Assembly: GCA_963699755.1 (NCBI GenBank)
Contig: CAVOVB010000001.1
Span: 320,001 to 384,000, forward strand
Direction: 5' to 3'
DNA from: an uncultured delta proteobacterium
GTDB lineage: Bacteria; Myxococcota_A; Polyangia; Polyangiales; Houyiibacteriaceae
Length of the DNA: 64,000 nt
The notes beneath the pieces were generated by a model, which saw nothing but the letters and a program-made list of their open reading frames with translations, was not told the origin of the DNA and made no database searches. Below are positions 1 to 9,906 of this stretch, piece by piece (position 1 is the first letter of the stretch; each line of letters starts with the position of its first letter). Both the position numbers and the translations under genes were made by a program.

Positions 1-589
1 TCTCAGGGTAGTCCTTCGCGACGTCGTAGAACGTTTCGAGGAACAGACCGTCAGTCATCTTCATGATGTTGGCCTTGTGCGCACATGTGACGCGCCGAGC
101 GCCTTTGCGCGCAGCCACCTCGAAGGTATAACGATGCACCTGATCGCTTCCTGGCCGTGTGATGAAGCGCCGGCATTGGGCTACGTCGTGGGTCTGCATG
201 TGCTCGATGGCGCCGTACGTGTCTTCGATGTTTTCTCTCACCATCGTGAGGTCGAGCCCGCTGACACCGGTCGGCGTCGGCACGCCATGGAATGTTCGAT
301 ACACACGCTTGTTGGCGAACGTGCCCCAGATCTTTCGGGCCGTGACATTGACGCTCTTGTAGCCACCGCCCTTCGGCGTCTCCATCGGGCCCTTGAAGAG
401 GATTCCGGTGGATTCGACGGAATGGCGAGCGGATTCGCTAATGCCTGTCCTGTCGCCGGCAAGGACGACTTCCTTACCCATCTGAACCTGCTCGTATTCG
501 AGTGGAACCTGTGCCTTGTCGAAGATGTTGAGCACCGCCCGCATGACCTCGGGCCCGATTCCATCGCCTTGCGCTACCGTGATTTTCAT
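1..589 (-). CDS. icd: Isocitrate dehydrogenase (isocitrate/isopropylmalate DH family), 5' part; runs off the window start
   Basis: Manual translation from ATG at 589 (GGAGG SD upstream): MKITVAQGDGIGPEVM...ILFKGPMETPKGGGYKSVNVTARK...VRENIEDTY...CAHKANIMKMTDGLF. Not in the ORF track because it is truncated. Confidence 0.9.
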   Translation of the reverse strand, partial: MKITVAQGDGIGPEVMRAVLNIFDKAQVPLEYEQVQMGKEVVLAGDRTGISESARHSVESTGILFKGPMETPKGGGYKSVNVTARKIWGTFANKRVYRTFHGVPTPTGVSGLDLTMVRENIEDTYGAIEHMQTHDVAQCRRFITRPGSDQVHRYTFEVAARKGARRVTCAHKANIMKMTDGLFLETFYDVAKDYPE

Positions 590-702
590 CGTTCCTCCAA
601 GAAGCTGTTGATTTGCTGCGCCGACGCGACTCGTTCATCGTCATCGGCGATGACGATTTGAGCGGCGGTATCGATCAGTTGGGGCATGAGGTCTCGATCT
701 CT

Positions 703-1854
703 TTACGCAACGAGGTATTTCGGGGGCGAGAGTGTTTCCAAAAGGGCTTCACCGTTTCGGAGGGCGCGCTGCGGGTCGTCGTCGAGCAGGAGCACATGAC
801 CCATCTTTCGACCGGGTCGCGGCTCGGTCTTTCCGTAGAGGTGAAGGCGCGCTTCGGGCAGTGATAGGATCGGCATCCAGTCGGGGTCACCGTCGCGCCA
901 GAGGTCGCCGAACAAGTTGAGCATGACGGCGGGGCGTGAGAGCGAAGGGTCGCCGAGCGGAAGGCCGAGCACGGCGCGGACGTGCTGCTCGAACTGCGAG
1001 GTGGCGCAGGCCCCGAAGGTGTAGTGGCCGCTATTGTGAGGACGCGGCGCGATCTCGTTCACCAGCAACTCGGAGCCGACTAGAAACATCTCGACCGCCA
1101 TCATTCCCACATGGTCGAGCTCGTTCGCGATCGACCGCGAAATCTCCATCGCATCCCGCTCGACGGACCTCGGAAGCGGCGCGGGCGCCATCGTGGCGTG
1201 GAGGACGTGGTGTCGGTGAACGTTGTGCGCGACGGGGTAGAACCGCATTTCGCCGTTCGAGGCCCGGGCCAGCAGCACCGAAATTTCCGCGTCGAATGGC
1301 ACCAGCTCTTCGAGCATGGACGAAGCACGACCCACCTTCTCCCAACTCGCTTCGAGCTGGTCGCTGCTGCGGATGACAACCTGCCCCTTCCCGTCGTAGC
1401 CGGCGTGACGGCTCTTCAACACGCAGGGGAAACCGACCGTCTCCACGGCTTCTTCGAGCTGTGCCGACGATTCCACGGCGACGCAAAGAGGCTGTGGCGC
1501 CCCGATCCGATCCAAAAAGCACCGCTGTGCAAGCCGATCCTGGATTGTGCGGAGCACGCCAGGCGATGGACGAACGGGACGAATGAGCTCGATGTAGGCG
1601 AGCAGGGATGCAGGAACGTGCTCGGAATCGACCGTCACGACGTCGACCGACTTCGCCAGCCGTTCGGCGGCATCGACGTCGTCGATGGCCCCGGGAATCC
1701 AGAGGTCGGCGAGTGGGACCGCAGGTTCGTCCGCTTGCGGTGCCAGAACGCCAACCCGATATCCCATTCTTCTGGCCTCGAGAGCCATCATACGTGCGAG
1801 CTGACCGCCTCCGATGATTCCGACCGTTGCTCCAGGTAGTTGACGCGTGCTCAT
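703..1854 (-). CDS. purK: N5-carboxyaminoimidazole ribonucleotide synthase
   Basis: [50 protein letters not shown] motifs; overlaps the purE stop. Confidence 0.97.
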   Translation of the reverse strand: MSTRQLPGATVGIIGGGQLARMMALEARRMGYRVGVLAPQADEPAVPLADLWIPGAIDDVDAAERLAKSVDVVTVDSEHVPASLLAYIELIRPVRPSPGVLRTIQDRLAQRCFLDRIGAPQPLCVAVESSAQLEEAVETVGFPCVLKSRHAGYDGKGQVVIRSSDQLEASWEKVGRASSMLEELVPFDAEISVLLARASNGEMRFYPVAHNVHRHHVLHATMAPAPLPRSVERDAMEISRSIANELDHVGMMAVEMFLVGSELLVNEIAPRPHNSGHYTFGACATSQFEQHVRAVLGLPLGDPSLSRPAVMLNLFGDLWRDGDPDWMPILSLPEARLHLYGKTEPRPGRKMGHVLLLDDDPQRALRNGEALLETLSPPKYLVA

Positions 1855-2366
1855 AGCTCAGCCTCCAAAACTCTTGCCGTCTGAGCCGACCGAAACGCTT
1901 GGAGTCGGCTCCGAAGTGCGTCGTCGCTGCGTGCGAGCATCGCCGCTGCGAGCAGTGCGGCGTTCGCGGCGCCCGTATCGCCGATGGCGAGGGTCCCGAC
2001 GGGTACCCCCTTGGGCATTTGAACGATGGAAAGAAGCGAATCGATACCGTTGAGCGAGCTACTGCGAACAGGAACGCCGAGAACCGGAAGCAAGGTCTTG
2101 GACGCTGCCATGCCGGGCAGATGGGCCGCTCCGCCCGCCCCGGCTATGATCAGCTCGATCCCCCTCCCCTCGGCCTGTTCGCAGAAGCTGAACAGGAGAT
2201 CGGGGGTCCTGTGAGCCGAAACCACCTTGGCTTCGTATGGGATTCGCAGCTCCCCGAGGACCTCAGCCGCGTGCTTCATGGTCGGCCAATCGCTCGCGCT
2301 GCCCATGATCAGGGCGACCCGGGGTACATGCTGAGCTTGCTGAGCTTCTATTGCAGAGGGCTTCAT
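1851..2366 (-). CDS. purE: N5-CAIR mutase (class I PurE)
   Basis: [40 protein letters not shown]. Confidence 0.97.
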   Translation of the reverse strand: MKPSAIEAQQAQHVPRVALIMGSASDWPTMKHAAEVLGELRIPYEAKVVSAHRTPDLLFSFCEQAEGRGIELIIAGAGGAAHLPGMAASKTLLPVLGVPVRSSSLNGIDSLLSIVQMPKGVPVGTLAIGDTGAANAALLAAAMLARSDDALRSRLQAFRSAQTARVLEAEL

Positions 2367-2382
2367 CGTGCGCTGATAGATT

Positions 2383-2428
2383 CGCGAAGTATATTTCGCG
2401 TTTTATATATCGCGAATACCTCCTGGCG
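2383..2428. promoter_or_regulatory. Putative operator: perfect inverted repeat CGCGAA-N6-TTCGCG (2383-2400) plus a degenerate copy (2411-2428)
   Basis: Read directly in the AT-rich divergent intergenic region between purE and the wHTH regulator. Confidence 0.5.
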
Positions 2429-2476
2429 CAAGCCCGCCGTTGCGTTTTTCTCGAAGCGGAGCCGTTAACACGCGAT

Positions 2477-2506
2477 TTGACTCATGAAATCTCGGTCGTA
2501 TATCTT
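2477..2506 (+). promoter_or_regulatory. Putative sigma70 promoter of the wHTH regulator
   Basis: TTGACT-N18-TATCTT, followed by GAGGAG SD and GTG start at 2525. Confidence 0.4.
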
Positions 2507-2524
2507 GCGCACGAGGAGCTCCGA

Positions 2525-2842
2525 GTGCCCAAAGCGAAAACCAAGGATCGGACGCCTGAGGCCTCCTGGACGTTCCTGACCAATCATTCACACGTCCTGC
2601 TGTGCCTGGTGCAGGACCCTGAGGCGCGGATGCGTGACGTCGCCGAGAAGGTGGGGATCACCGAACGCGCCGTGCAGCGCATCGTCTCCGAGCTCGAGGC
2701 AGCCGGCTACGTCTCCCGCAAACGCGAGGGACGCCGCAATACCTACGAGGTCGATGGCTCGCTACCCCTTCGCCACGCCGTCGAAGGGCACCAAACCCTC
2801 AACGCGCTCATCAAGCTGATCCTCCACGAGCGCGGGCGCTGA
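2525..2842 (+). CDS. Winged helix-turn-helix transcriptional regulator (MarR/ArsR-like, WTFLTNH family)
   Basis: WTFLTNHSHVLLCL..DPEARMRDVAEKVGITERAVQRIV.ELE..GY..R.REGRRN.Y; start moved to the GTG after the SD. Confidence 0.85.
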   Translation: MPKAKTKDRTPEASWTFLTNHSHVLLCLVQDPEARMRDVAEKVGITERAVQRIVSELEAAGYVSRKREGRRNTYEVDGSLPLRHAVEGHQTLNALIKLILHERGR

Positions 2843-2916
2843 CCGTTGGCAACCCGGAGCGGAGAGCCGCAAGAGACCCATTCCGGCCTGAAAACGAGAG
2901 ACGCTTTGCTCGAGCC

Positions 2917-3882
2917 TTACACTCTCACGACGACTTTTCCTCGGGCATGTCCGCCCTCGAGATAAGCGAGGGCGGCCGGCGTTTCGTCTAGAGAGTAGGT
3001 CCGATCGATAACCGGCATGAGCTTTCCAGCATCGACCAGCTGCTGCAAAAACACCAGGTCCTGGCGGTTCGGAACCGAAAGATAGCGGCGCAAGTCTTGG
3101 CTCACGAACGGTGAGAGCAAGAGCGGCTTGACCAGGCGAACCAGCATCGCGAGCCCCTGCGCCCCAGTGCCGCTATTGAGGATCAACATTCCTCGCGGTT
3201 GGAGCGCGCGGCGTAGGTCCGACAAGGACCGGTTCTCGACGTTGTCGAAAATGAGATCGTAGCGCTGCTCCCCCGCCGCAAAATCCTCTTGGGTGTAGTC
3301 GATCGTATGGTCTGCGCCGATCGAGCGAACCATCTCGAGGTTCGTCGTGCTACACACGCCAGTCACCTCAGCTCCGAAGGACTTTGCAATCTGCACGGCG
3401 AAAGTTCCGACCCCGCCCGAAGCTCCGTTGATCAGCACCTTCTGCCCTGCTCGTACCTTTCCCTCATCGCGGAGTGCATGGAGAGCCGCGAGCGCGGAAG
3501 TCGGCAGGGCCGCGGCCTCCTCGAAGCTGAGCTTGGCTGGCTTTCGCGCAAGCGTGTCTTGTTCGACACAGACGAACTCGGCGCAGGCGCCGTTGCATGC
3601 GCCGAACAGCTCATCGCCAGGCTGAAAGACTTTCACATTCTTGCCGACCGCCTCGACCTCCCCCGCGACGTCGAATCCGGGGACATGGTGCTTGGGTTTG
3701 AGAAGCCCAGTGGCGAAGCGGACCGCGAATGGCTTCCCTCTGACGCTGAAGCAGTCGCCAACGTGGAGGCCCGCGGCACGAACACGCACCAGCACCTCAT
3801 CGTCAGCGACAGCCGGCTCATCGATGTCCCTGAGCTCGAGGAGGTCCAGTGAGCCATAGTTGTCGTATACGATCGCTTTCAT
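2917..3882 (-). CDS. NAD(P)-dependent alcohol dehydrogenase / quinone oxidoreductase (MDR family)
   Basis: PGFDVAGEVEAVG, VLINGASGGVGTFAVQIAK, GHARGKVV. Confidence 0.9.
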   Translation of the reverse strand: MKAIVYDNYGSLDLLELRDIDEPAVADDEVLVRVRAAGLHVGDCFSVRGKPFAVRFATGLLKPKHHVPGFDVAGEVEAVGKNVKVFQPGDELFGACNGACAEFVCVEQDTLARKPAKLSFEEAAALPTSALAALHALRDEGKVRAGQKVLINGASGGVGTFAVQIAKSFGAEVTGVCSTTNLEMVRSIGADHTIDYTQEDFAAGEQRYDLIFDNVENRSLSDLRRALQPRGMLILNSGTGAQGLAMLVRLVKPLLLSPFVSQDLRRYLSVPNRQDLVFLQQLVDAGKLMPVIDRTYSLDETPAALAYLEGGHARGKVVVRV

Positions 3883-3960
3883 GCTGTCCTACGCCCCGTA
3901 CTGGATGCGATATCTACTAGGCGACTCGGTGACCTCCCAAAAGGAGAAGCGTAACTTCAA

Positions 3961-4245
3961 ATGCCCTCTTTGCCGCTGAGAATTCTCCTGTCAACCGGCC
4001 CTGATTCCTGGGCTCGAGGACATGGAGGGCGTCAGGTTCCACGACCTCTACGAAGCCCATCCGGACTTCGACATCGACGTGACGACAGAACAGCAACTCT
4101 TGCTGGACCACTACGTCGTCGTGCTCCACCACCTTTTCTATTGGTACAGCGCTCCGGCGCTGATCGAGCAGTGGGAGGATCTCGTGCTGACTCATGGATG
4201 GGCCTATCGCAGTGGGGGGTGCCGCGCTCAAAGACAAGTGGGTCT
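3961..4245 (+). pseudogene. KefF/KefG-like NAD(P)H oxidoreductase (flavodoxin-like fold) remnant
   Basis: Pieces in different frames: MPSLPLRILL / HDLYEAHPDFDIDVTTEQQLL...FYWYSAPALIEQWEDLVLTHGWAY / ALKDKW; C-terminal half missing. Confidence 0.7.
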
Positions 4246-4412
4246 CCTCACCGAACCCCGAGCTTCGACGGGCGAGCGAGGATGCGGTCTCCACCATCGT
4301 GAGGGTCAAGCCATCCTGGTCCGCATTTGGATCGCTCATCGTGCGTCGGTGCGAGCAGGCGATTCCTTCCTGCTTGCGAAAGTCCCCACCTCGATGCGAC
4401 GCTCAGCCCAGA

Positions 4413-5096
4413 ATGGAAGTCGCAAAGCGCCGGGGTGAAGCTGACCGAGTCCTCTCACGCGAGGAGGCAAGAGCCTTCTACGACCGCTTCGGGCGCAAGC
4501 AGGACCTCCAACGAATCTACGAAGACCCCGCGATCGAATTGCTTCTCCAATACGCGGGCTTCGAAACTGCCTGCGCGGTCGTCGAGCTCGGGTGCGGGAC
4601 GGGCCGGCTCGCGGCGCGTCTCCTCGAGGAGCTTCTTCCAGACGACTCCAAGTACCTTGGGCTGGACATCAGCAGAACCATGATCGACCTGGCCCAGAGC
4701 CGTGTCGCGCCGTGGGCAGAGCGCGCTCGGGTGGAGCGAACGGACGGTTCGCTGACTCTCCCGGTGAGCGACGGGGCCTATGACCGTTTCCTATCCACAT
4801 ATGTCCTCGACCTCCTCAGCGAAGAAGACATCCACGCGGCTGTTCGCGAGGCGAGGAGAGTGCTCGCCCCGGGCGGGCGCCTTTGCCTGGCGAGCTTGAC
4901 CTTTGGTGAGACGTTTTCGTCGAGGCTCGCCTGCCGCGCTTGGACGGCGATTCACTCGCTCAGCCCGCGGCTCGTCGGTGGATGCAGACCTCTTCGCCTC
5001 GAGGCCTTCATCGGCAGTGACTGGCAGAGCCTTCACCGCGAGATCGTCTGCGTGCTTGGAATCTGCACCGAGGTGCTGACCGCGCGACGAGTGTAA
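4413..5096 (+). CDS. Class I SAM-dependent methyltransferase
   Basis: VVELGCGTG, YLGLDIS, YDRFLSTYVLDLL, RRVLAPGGRL; start reassigned to ATG 4413. Confidence 0.85.
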   Translation: MEVAKRRGEADRVLSREEARAFYDRFGRKQDLQRIYEDPAIELLLQYAGFETACAVVELGCGTGRLAARLLEELLPDDSKYLGLDISRTMIDLAQSRVAPWAERARVERTDGSLTLPVSDGAYDRFLSTYVLDLLSEEDIHAAVREARRVLAPGGRLCLASLTFGETFSSRLACRAWTAIHSLSPRLVGGCRPLRLEAFIGSDWQSLHREIVCVLGICTEVLTARRV

Positions 5097-5147
5097 GCCC
5101 CAGGCCAGGGTCGTCGCGGCCCGCGGTACTGCACTGGCGACCTCAGT

Positions 5148-5580
5148 TTGCCCGCCGCCGCGGCGGATCTACCGAAGAAAGGGACATACTCTGGTCACTA
5201 TGATTGGACCTTCACCGGGCAAGTACAGCAGCTGGGAGAAGACCGGGTGGTCTATGCTGGCATGGTCCCTGAGGTGATGTTCAATCACCAGGGCAAGGGC
5301 TTCATGCACAAGTCCCGCGTCGGCTGCACCATTTTCAACGACGTCAACAAAGGACGTGCCAATGCGAACGGGACTTGTGTGGTCACGGACGCGGATGGAG
5401 ACGAGACCTTCGTCGAGTGGAAATGCGCGGGTGTGATGCCTGCGTGTCCGGGAACCGAACGCTTCGTGGGTGGGACTGGCAAATACAAGGGGAGAAGTGG
5501 AGACCAGAAGTCTCAGGGAAACTTCATAGGCGAAGTTGCTAGGCTGGTCCGACTGGAAAGGGGACTACAAGATCGGGTGA
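5148..5580 (+). pseudogene. Small secreted beta-barrel hypothetical protein, probably frameshifted and N-terminally eroded
   Basis: GTCVVTDADGD..F.EW.C...GGTGKYKG motif; a plausible C-terminus GWSDWKGDYKIG* sits in another frame ending at 5580; no clean start or signal peptide. Confidence 0.5.
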
Positions 5581-5743
5581 AGCTCGGTTTGAGTACCAGC
5601 CTGCAGGCTCGGCCCAGGGACTGGGTCACCGCCATAGGTGACCGTGGGTGCTCGGCACCTTTCAGGCGGACCGTCCCAAGAACGAAAAGAGCCAGAACGC
5701 GGATCGGCGCTCCCAGTCAACGGAAGTCGTGCGATCGCTGAGG

Positions 5744-6316
5744 TCACGGGAAGTAGTCGACCCGATAGTCTATGTGGCAGTGCTCGACCCACCCCGGATT
5801 TGAGAACCCCGTGAACGACGTGCCGAAGCCCAACTCCCCAATCACCGAATTGCTAGTGGCATCGAGCTCGACCTCACCGTCGCCAAGAACCTGTGCGAGG
5901 CACTTGGCATCTGCGCTCGATTCGCGAATCCCATACTTTCGGTAGAAGCGATGACTCGAGGTCACGATGTCTGGCGCAGTGTCCAGCTTGCTGATTTCCG
6001 TCCACGCGTACTTCGCTTCGAGCGCGGGTTCCTCGATCACCTCCCCTGCGCTGGTGCCGCTCTGATCGCGGCCAAGCGATATCGTCTCTACCAGTTGGGA
6101 GTCGATTCCTGCAAACTGGAGGAACACATGAGCCCACTGACTGTCGAGCTGGTGCGGCAAGATGTACCGGTACCGAGTGGGAAGGGTTCTACTGGTGCCA
6201 GCAAGAGGAGCAAGCTCTTCGCGGGGTCCCTCGATGTCAATCCACACGTGAGACATGCCCACCGGCCCGATGTCGATCCGTTCGTCCAGAACCATCTTCT
6301 CACACTGCTGCACCAT
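5744..6316 (-). CDS. Hypothetical protein (possibly N-truncated)
   Basis: 190-aa ORF with protein-like composition, downstream of the TBDR; family not recognised. Confidence 0.45.
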   Translation of the reverse strand: MVQQCEKMVLDERIDIGPVGMSHVWIDIEGPREELAPLAGTSRTLPTRYRYILPHQLDSQWAHVFLQFAGIDSQLVETISLGRDQSGTSAGEVIEEPALEAKYAWTEISKLDTAPDIVTSSHRFYRKYGIRESSADAKCLAQVLGDGEVELDATSNSVIGELGFGTSFTGFSNPGWVEHCHIDYRVDYFP

Positions 6317-6431
6317 GACCAGTGGGAAGCGTCACCGGCCCGTCGAGTGATTGCTGAGCGCGCGGCTCTTTCCGTGGGTCGAACGAACCACCGGGAATCA
6401 ATTCCTCCGCCCCCGAGAGTTTGAAGGGGAG

Positions 6432-8957
6432 CTAAAACTTCACGGTGGCCAAGACCTGGAAGTAGATCGGCCAGCCCGGAGTGAAATGGAGGTCCTCGCA
6501 ACCAGCAAAGGTGCCGTCCGGCTCGATGACGGCGCGGGTTCCAGTCGGGCAATCTGCGGGAATGTCTTCGCCCAGAAGACGTCCCGTGGTCGCAAACTGC
6601 GCTTGGCGCCACTTGGTGTTCAGAAGATTGAGCAGCTGCGCCTGCACGCCGAAGCGCCGGTTCTCCCAGCCAAAGGAGGCGTCGACCCGCAGAAACCCTT
6701 CGGCAGTCAGAAAGCGGTCTTCGGTGGCAGGCCGGTCGGCGATGTAAAAGAAGCCAAGGCGTCCCGAAAGCCCCGTGCGCGGATCGCGAGCCGTCAAGCC
6801 CCCGCTGAGCAGGACCTCTGGGGCGAGTGCAATGGCATTGGCGTTGCCTGGATTGTTTACGAACTCCGCCCGGACCCAGGTCGCATCGAGGTCCGCGAGC
6901 AACCAAGGCACGATCTCGAGACGGAACTGGGCTTCGAGCCCGAGTCGACGAGTTTGCCCGCTTGCTTCGGTGGTGCCCTCGTCGCCCACCCAGACTACCT
7001 CGCTGTCGAGGTCCAGCCAGAAGAAGGCCGTCGAAAGCTGCAGCCGATTCCATGCGATCACCCGTGCACCCAGCTCCCAACCGAGCGCTGCGGCGACTGG
7101 GGTCGCCGGATCGGCGCCCAGAACGACCCCGCGCGCATCGTTCGAGTGAAACCCGCGCCCGAAGTTGACGAAGAGCTCTAGCGGTTCGACTGGCTGCACG
7201 ATCAGGCTGGCTTTGGGTAAAAGGATCGCTTGGACCCGTTCGCCGCTGCTTTTGGTGCCTAGCGTGCTCCGGTCCTCGAGTTGGTCCGTCACGTTGAAGA
7301 CGAAGTAGTCGAAACGAAGCCCACCGACGAGCCGCAGCCATCTCCAATCGAGCTCTTCCTCTCCGAAGACCCCTATGTTTCCCTCGCCGATGTTGGCGTC
7401 CACGCGTGTTGAAGCGATCTCGCGTGCAGGCGCATCCTGCAGTGTGTTGTCGATGGCATCGAAGCGAAAGTTGGCGCCCATCCGCGACTTCAGCGTCACC
7501 CTGTCGAATCGATGGGTGAATCCGTACTTGGCCCGTAGGCCCAGGGCAGTGCGCTTGTCGCCTTGGCGGATCATGTCGCCGCTGACCGGATCGTTCGCAA
7601 AGTAGGTGAAGTTGGAATACAGTGCGAAGCGCGAGTGGATGAGCCACCCCACGAGGCTCAGCCCTTCGCCTCCGGTCGAGCGCTGCCCATGTGTTCCCGG
7701 CTTCGCAGGTGAGTCGAGGTTGAGGTATAGGCTGTATCGCTGGCTCTGCCCGCCCTCGTTCGGGTCGATGCTGCCAAAGCGGTCGAGACTACCGGCGCGT
7801 ACTGCTCGCAGCGGAATCTGTCCCGATGCGTTCCAGTCGTTGAGGTAGGCGGTGCCGGTGAGCGCTAGCTTTGTCTTGCCACGAAGGTCGAAGGTGGTTC
7901 GGGCGAAGATATTCGTGCGCAGCAAGCCCTCGGGATTCTCGAACGGTCCATCGGTGCCGAATACCTCGATGGCAAGGAGGGGCTTCACCGCATCGAGCTT
8001 GGGACTGATGATTCCGACGCCTCGAAAGCTCCGATACATGCCACCCCCGACGCTGAGGGAGCTGGTGGGCTCTTGGTTCTCGAGGACGAGATTGATCGCG
8101 CCAGCCGTCGCGAAGTCGCCGTATTCGCCATAGTATGGGCCTTTACGGACCTCCATCCGTTGGATCAACTCGGGGATGACGAAATGAAGGTCGGTGTATC
8201 CCTGGCCGTGTCCGTGACTGACCCAGTTGATCGGAACGCCGTCGACGTAGAATGCGACGTCCGTGCCGTGATCGCCGTCGAAGCCGCGAAGGAAGTACTG
8301 GTTGGCTTTGCCACCTCCGGCGTGCTGAATGGAGAAGAAGCCGGGGGCCGCGTTGAGAAGATCACCGCTCGAAATATATGGGCGGAGACGCAACTCCTGC
8401 CCCGTGAGATCGATCGAGGACGCGGAAATGTCGGACGGAGCCACGACTGCAGTCGCGCTGAAGCCCGTCTCGGGAGCGACATCTCCGGTGGCGGTCGTCT
8501 CGGGCTCCTCCTCGCTCTGGGTTGGCGCTGCATGAGGCTCTGCGGGCTCCCCCTCACCTAGTTGGTGTGGAGGATCGAACAAGACCTCGAACCGAACGAT
8601 GGCGGGTACGGGGATCCCATCACGTTTCGCTGGCTCGAAAGCCAAGTCGAGCACATACCGTTGTGCCAACTCGGAGAACTGCGCGGCTTGCTCCCCTTCT
8701 CGATCGACCGAAAGCACGTGCACCTCTTCGACCCGCCCCTCCGGGTCGATGCTGATCTGCAACAGCACATGGGCCGGCTTGCCGTCAGCGTCGGGCGGGT
8801 AGGACGGATGCAGCTGTGCGTCCGAACGGAGCGAGGGCGCTTCGAGCAGGGGTGAATCGGAGGGTGCCTGCGCGGCTTCTTCTTCCTGGGCGAATGCTGA
8901 ACCATGCACTGCCAGGCAAGCCGCAAGGGCGACCATGAGCTTTGAGAGTTCACGCAT
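6432..8957 (-). CDS. TonB-dependent receptor with an N-terminal TonB-C-like domain; probable metal uptake
   Basis: Signal peptide; YPP...VLLQISIDPEGRV...FEPAKRDG.PV TonB-C segment; plug with QHAGGGKANQYFLRGF..DHGTD and SHGHGQGY; C-terminal Phe (ATVKF). Confidence 0.9.
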   Translation of the reverse strand: MRELSKLMVALAACLAVHGSAFAQEEEAAQAPSDSPLLEAPSLRSDAQLHPSYPPDADGKPAHVLLQISIDPEGRVEEVHVLSVDREGEQAAQFSELAQRYVLDLAFEPAKRDGIPVPAIVRFEVLFDPPHQLGEGEPAEPHAAPTQSEEEPETTATGDVAPETGFSATAVVAPSDISASSIDLTGQELRLRPYISSGDLLNAAPGFFSIQHAGGGKANQYFLRGFDGDHGTDVAFYVDGVPINWVSHGHGQGYTDLHFVIPELIQRMEVRKGPYYGEYGDFATAGAINLVLENQEPTSSLSVGGGMYRSFRGVGIISPKLDAVKPLLAIEVFGTDGPFENPEGLLRTNIFARTTFDLRGKTKLALTGTAYLNDWNASGQIPLRAVRAGSLDRFGSIDPNEGGQSQRYSLYLNLDSPAKPGTHGQRSTGGEGLSLVGWLIHSRFALYSNFTYFANDPVSGDMIRQGDKRTALGLRAKYGFTHRFDRVTLKSRMGANFRFDAIDNTLQDAPAREIASTRVDANIGEGNIGVFGEEELDWRWLRLVGGLRFDYFVFNVTDQLEDRSTLGTKSSGERVQAILLPKASLIVQPVEPLELFVNFGRGFHSNDARGVVLGADPATPVAAALGWELGARVIAWNRLQLSTAFFWLDLDSEVVWVGDEGTTEASGQTRRLGLEAQFRLEIVPWLLADLDATWVRAEFVNNPGNANAIALAPEVLLSGGLTARDPRTGLSGRLGFFYIADRPATEDRFLTAEGFLRVDASFGWENRRFGVQAQLLNLLNTKWRQAQFATTGRLLGEDIPADCPTGTRAVIEPDGTFAGCEDLHFTPGWPIYFQVLATVKF

Positions 8958-9031
8958 GACGAATCGCCGAATCCACGGGACCCCAGAGGCCCCGCGACCC
9001 AAGTGAAAGGTTCGACTTCGAGGAGAACCCT

Positions 9032-9451
9032 TTAGGTGGGCGGTGCGCGCGCTCGCGTGTTCTCGGGTTGACAGTCGGCGGGCTGCTCGTCGTGTGTCAG
9101 AGGCGGCGGATCGGTCCAGCTTAGAAGCGCCTCTTGTACATCCGGAAGAGACGGAACCGGAACGTTCGCAGCAAGCTGCCCGTGCGCGATGCTCCCTTTG
9201 CCGTGATCGGACGGCGACTCGTGCTCGTCCTCGTCACCTTCGTGATGGTGAGCGTCCGCTCGCTCGTGGTCGTGGTCCCGAGGATGCTCGTGAGCGCTAC
9301 GATTTTCGTGTGCCCCATGATGGTGCGCACCGAACGCGCCATGAAATGCGACGTGTACCGTCGGCAGCAGCACGAAGCCAGCCAGCCACAGAAGGGACGC
9401 GAGCGCGGCGCCAAAGCTCTGATGACGGTTTCCGGAATGCCGAAAGGTCAC
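9032..9451 (-). CDS. His-rich exported leader protein ending in a RAPP motif (DUF2946/CruR/CutF-like uORF)
   Basis: N-terminal hydrophobic segment, about 16 His in about 60 aa, Pro-rich linker, C-terminus RARAPPT*; 74 nt upstream of the TBDR start. Confidence 0.75.
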   Translation of the reverse strand: MTFRHSGNRHQSFGAALASLLWLAGFVLLPTVHVAFHGAFGAHHHGAHENRSAHEHPRDHDHERADAHHHEGDEDEHESPSDHGKGSIAHGQLAANVPVPSLPDVQEALLSWTDPPPLTHDEQPADCQPENTRARAPPT

Positions 9452-9462
9452 GACCCCGAACG

Positions 9463-9818
9463 CTATCGATTTCCGACGGAGTAATCAATGGGCCATTCGG
9501 CAACTACCTCTTCGGGAAGCTCACCGAGTGATTGAAGAGCAGGCGGTGACTGCTCTTTCGCTGTGGCTCCGTAGTGATCACGAGTGCATCGTGGAGTACC
9601 GCCGGACGGCGAAATTTCAGGTGCATGTCGTACACGACGAAGCGGATGCCCTTCTCTTGCATCTGGCCCAGCGTGAAGCCCTGCGTGGCCAGGCTCTCCG
9701 TGCGGCCTCGTTCGCAATACTTCAGGTAGTTGGCGTGGTACACCACTCCCTGGGCATCGGTATCTTCAAGATATACCTTGGTGAACAGCACCAAGGGCGT
9801 GGGGCCTCCCGTCGTCAT
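9463..9818 (-). pseudogene. YbgC/FadM-family acyl-CoA thioesterase, apparently with a deletion and frameshift near the C-terminus
   Basis: VYLEDTDAQGVVYHANYLKYCERGR motif; frame stops early at 9504 while a likely tail LPEEVVAE lies in another frame. Confidence 0.65.
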
Positions 9819-9906
9819 GGAGGTGCTCCTAGCGACGAGCTGACGATGCGGAACCTCCATTTGTCCCAATGGGCCGAGAGGGTCCCGGCCGTCTCTCTCA
9901 TCGGTC

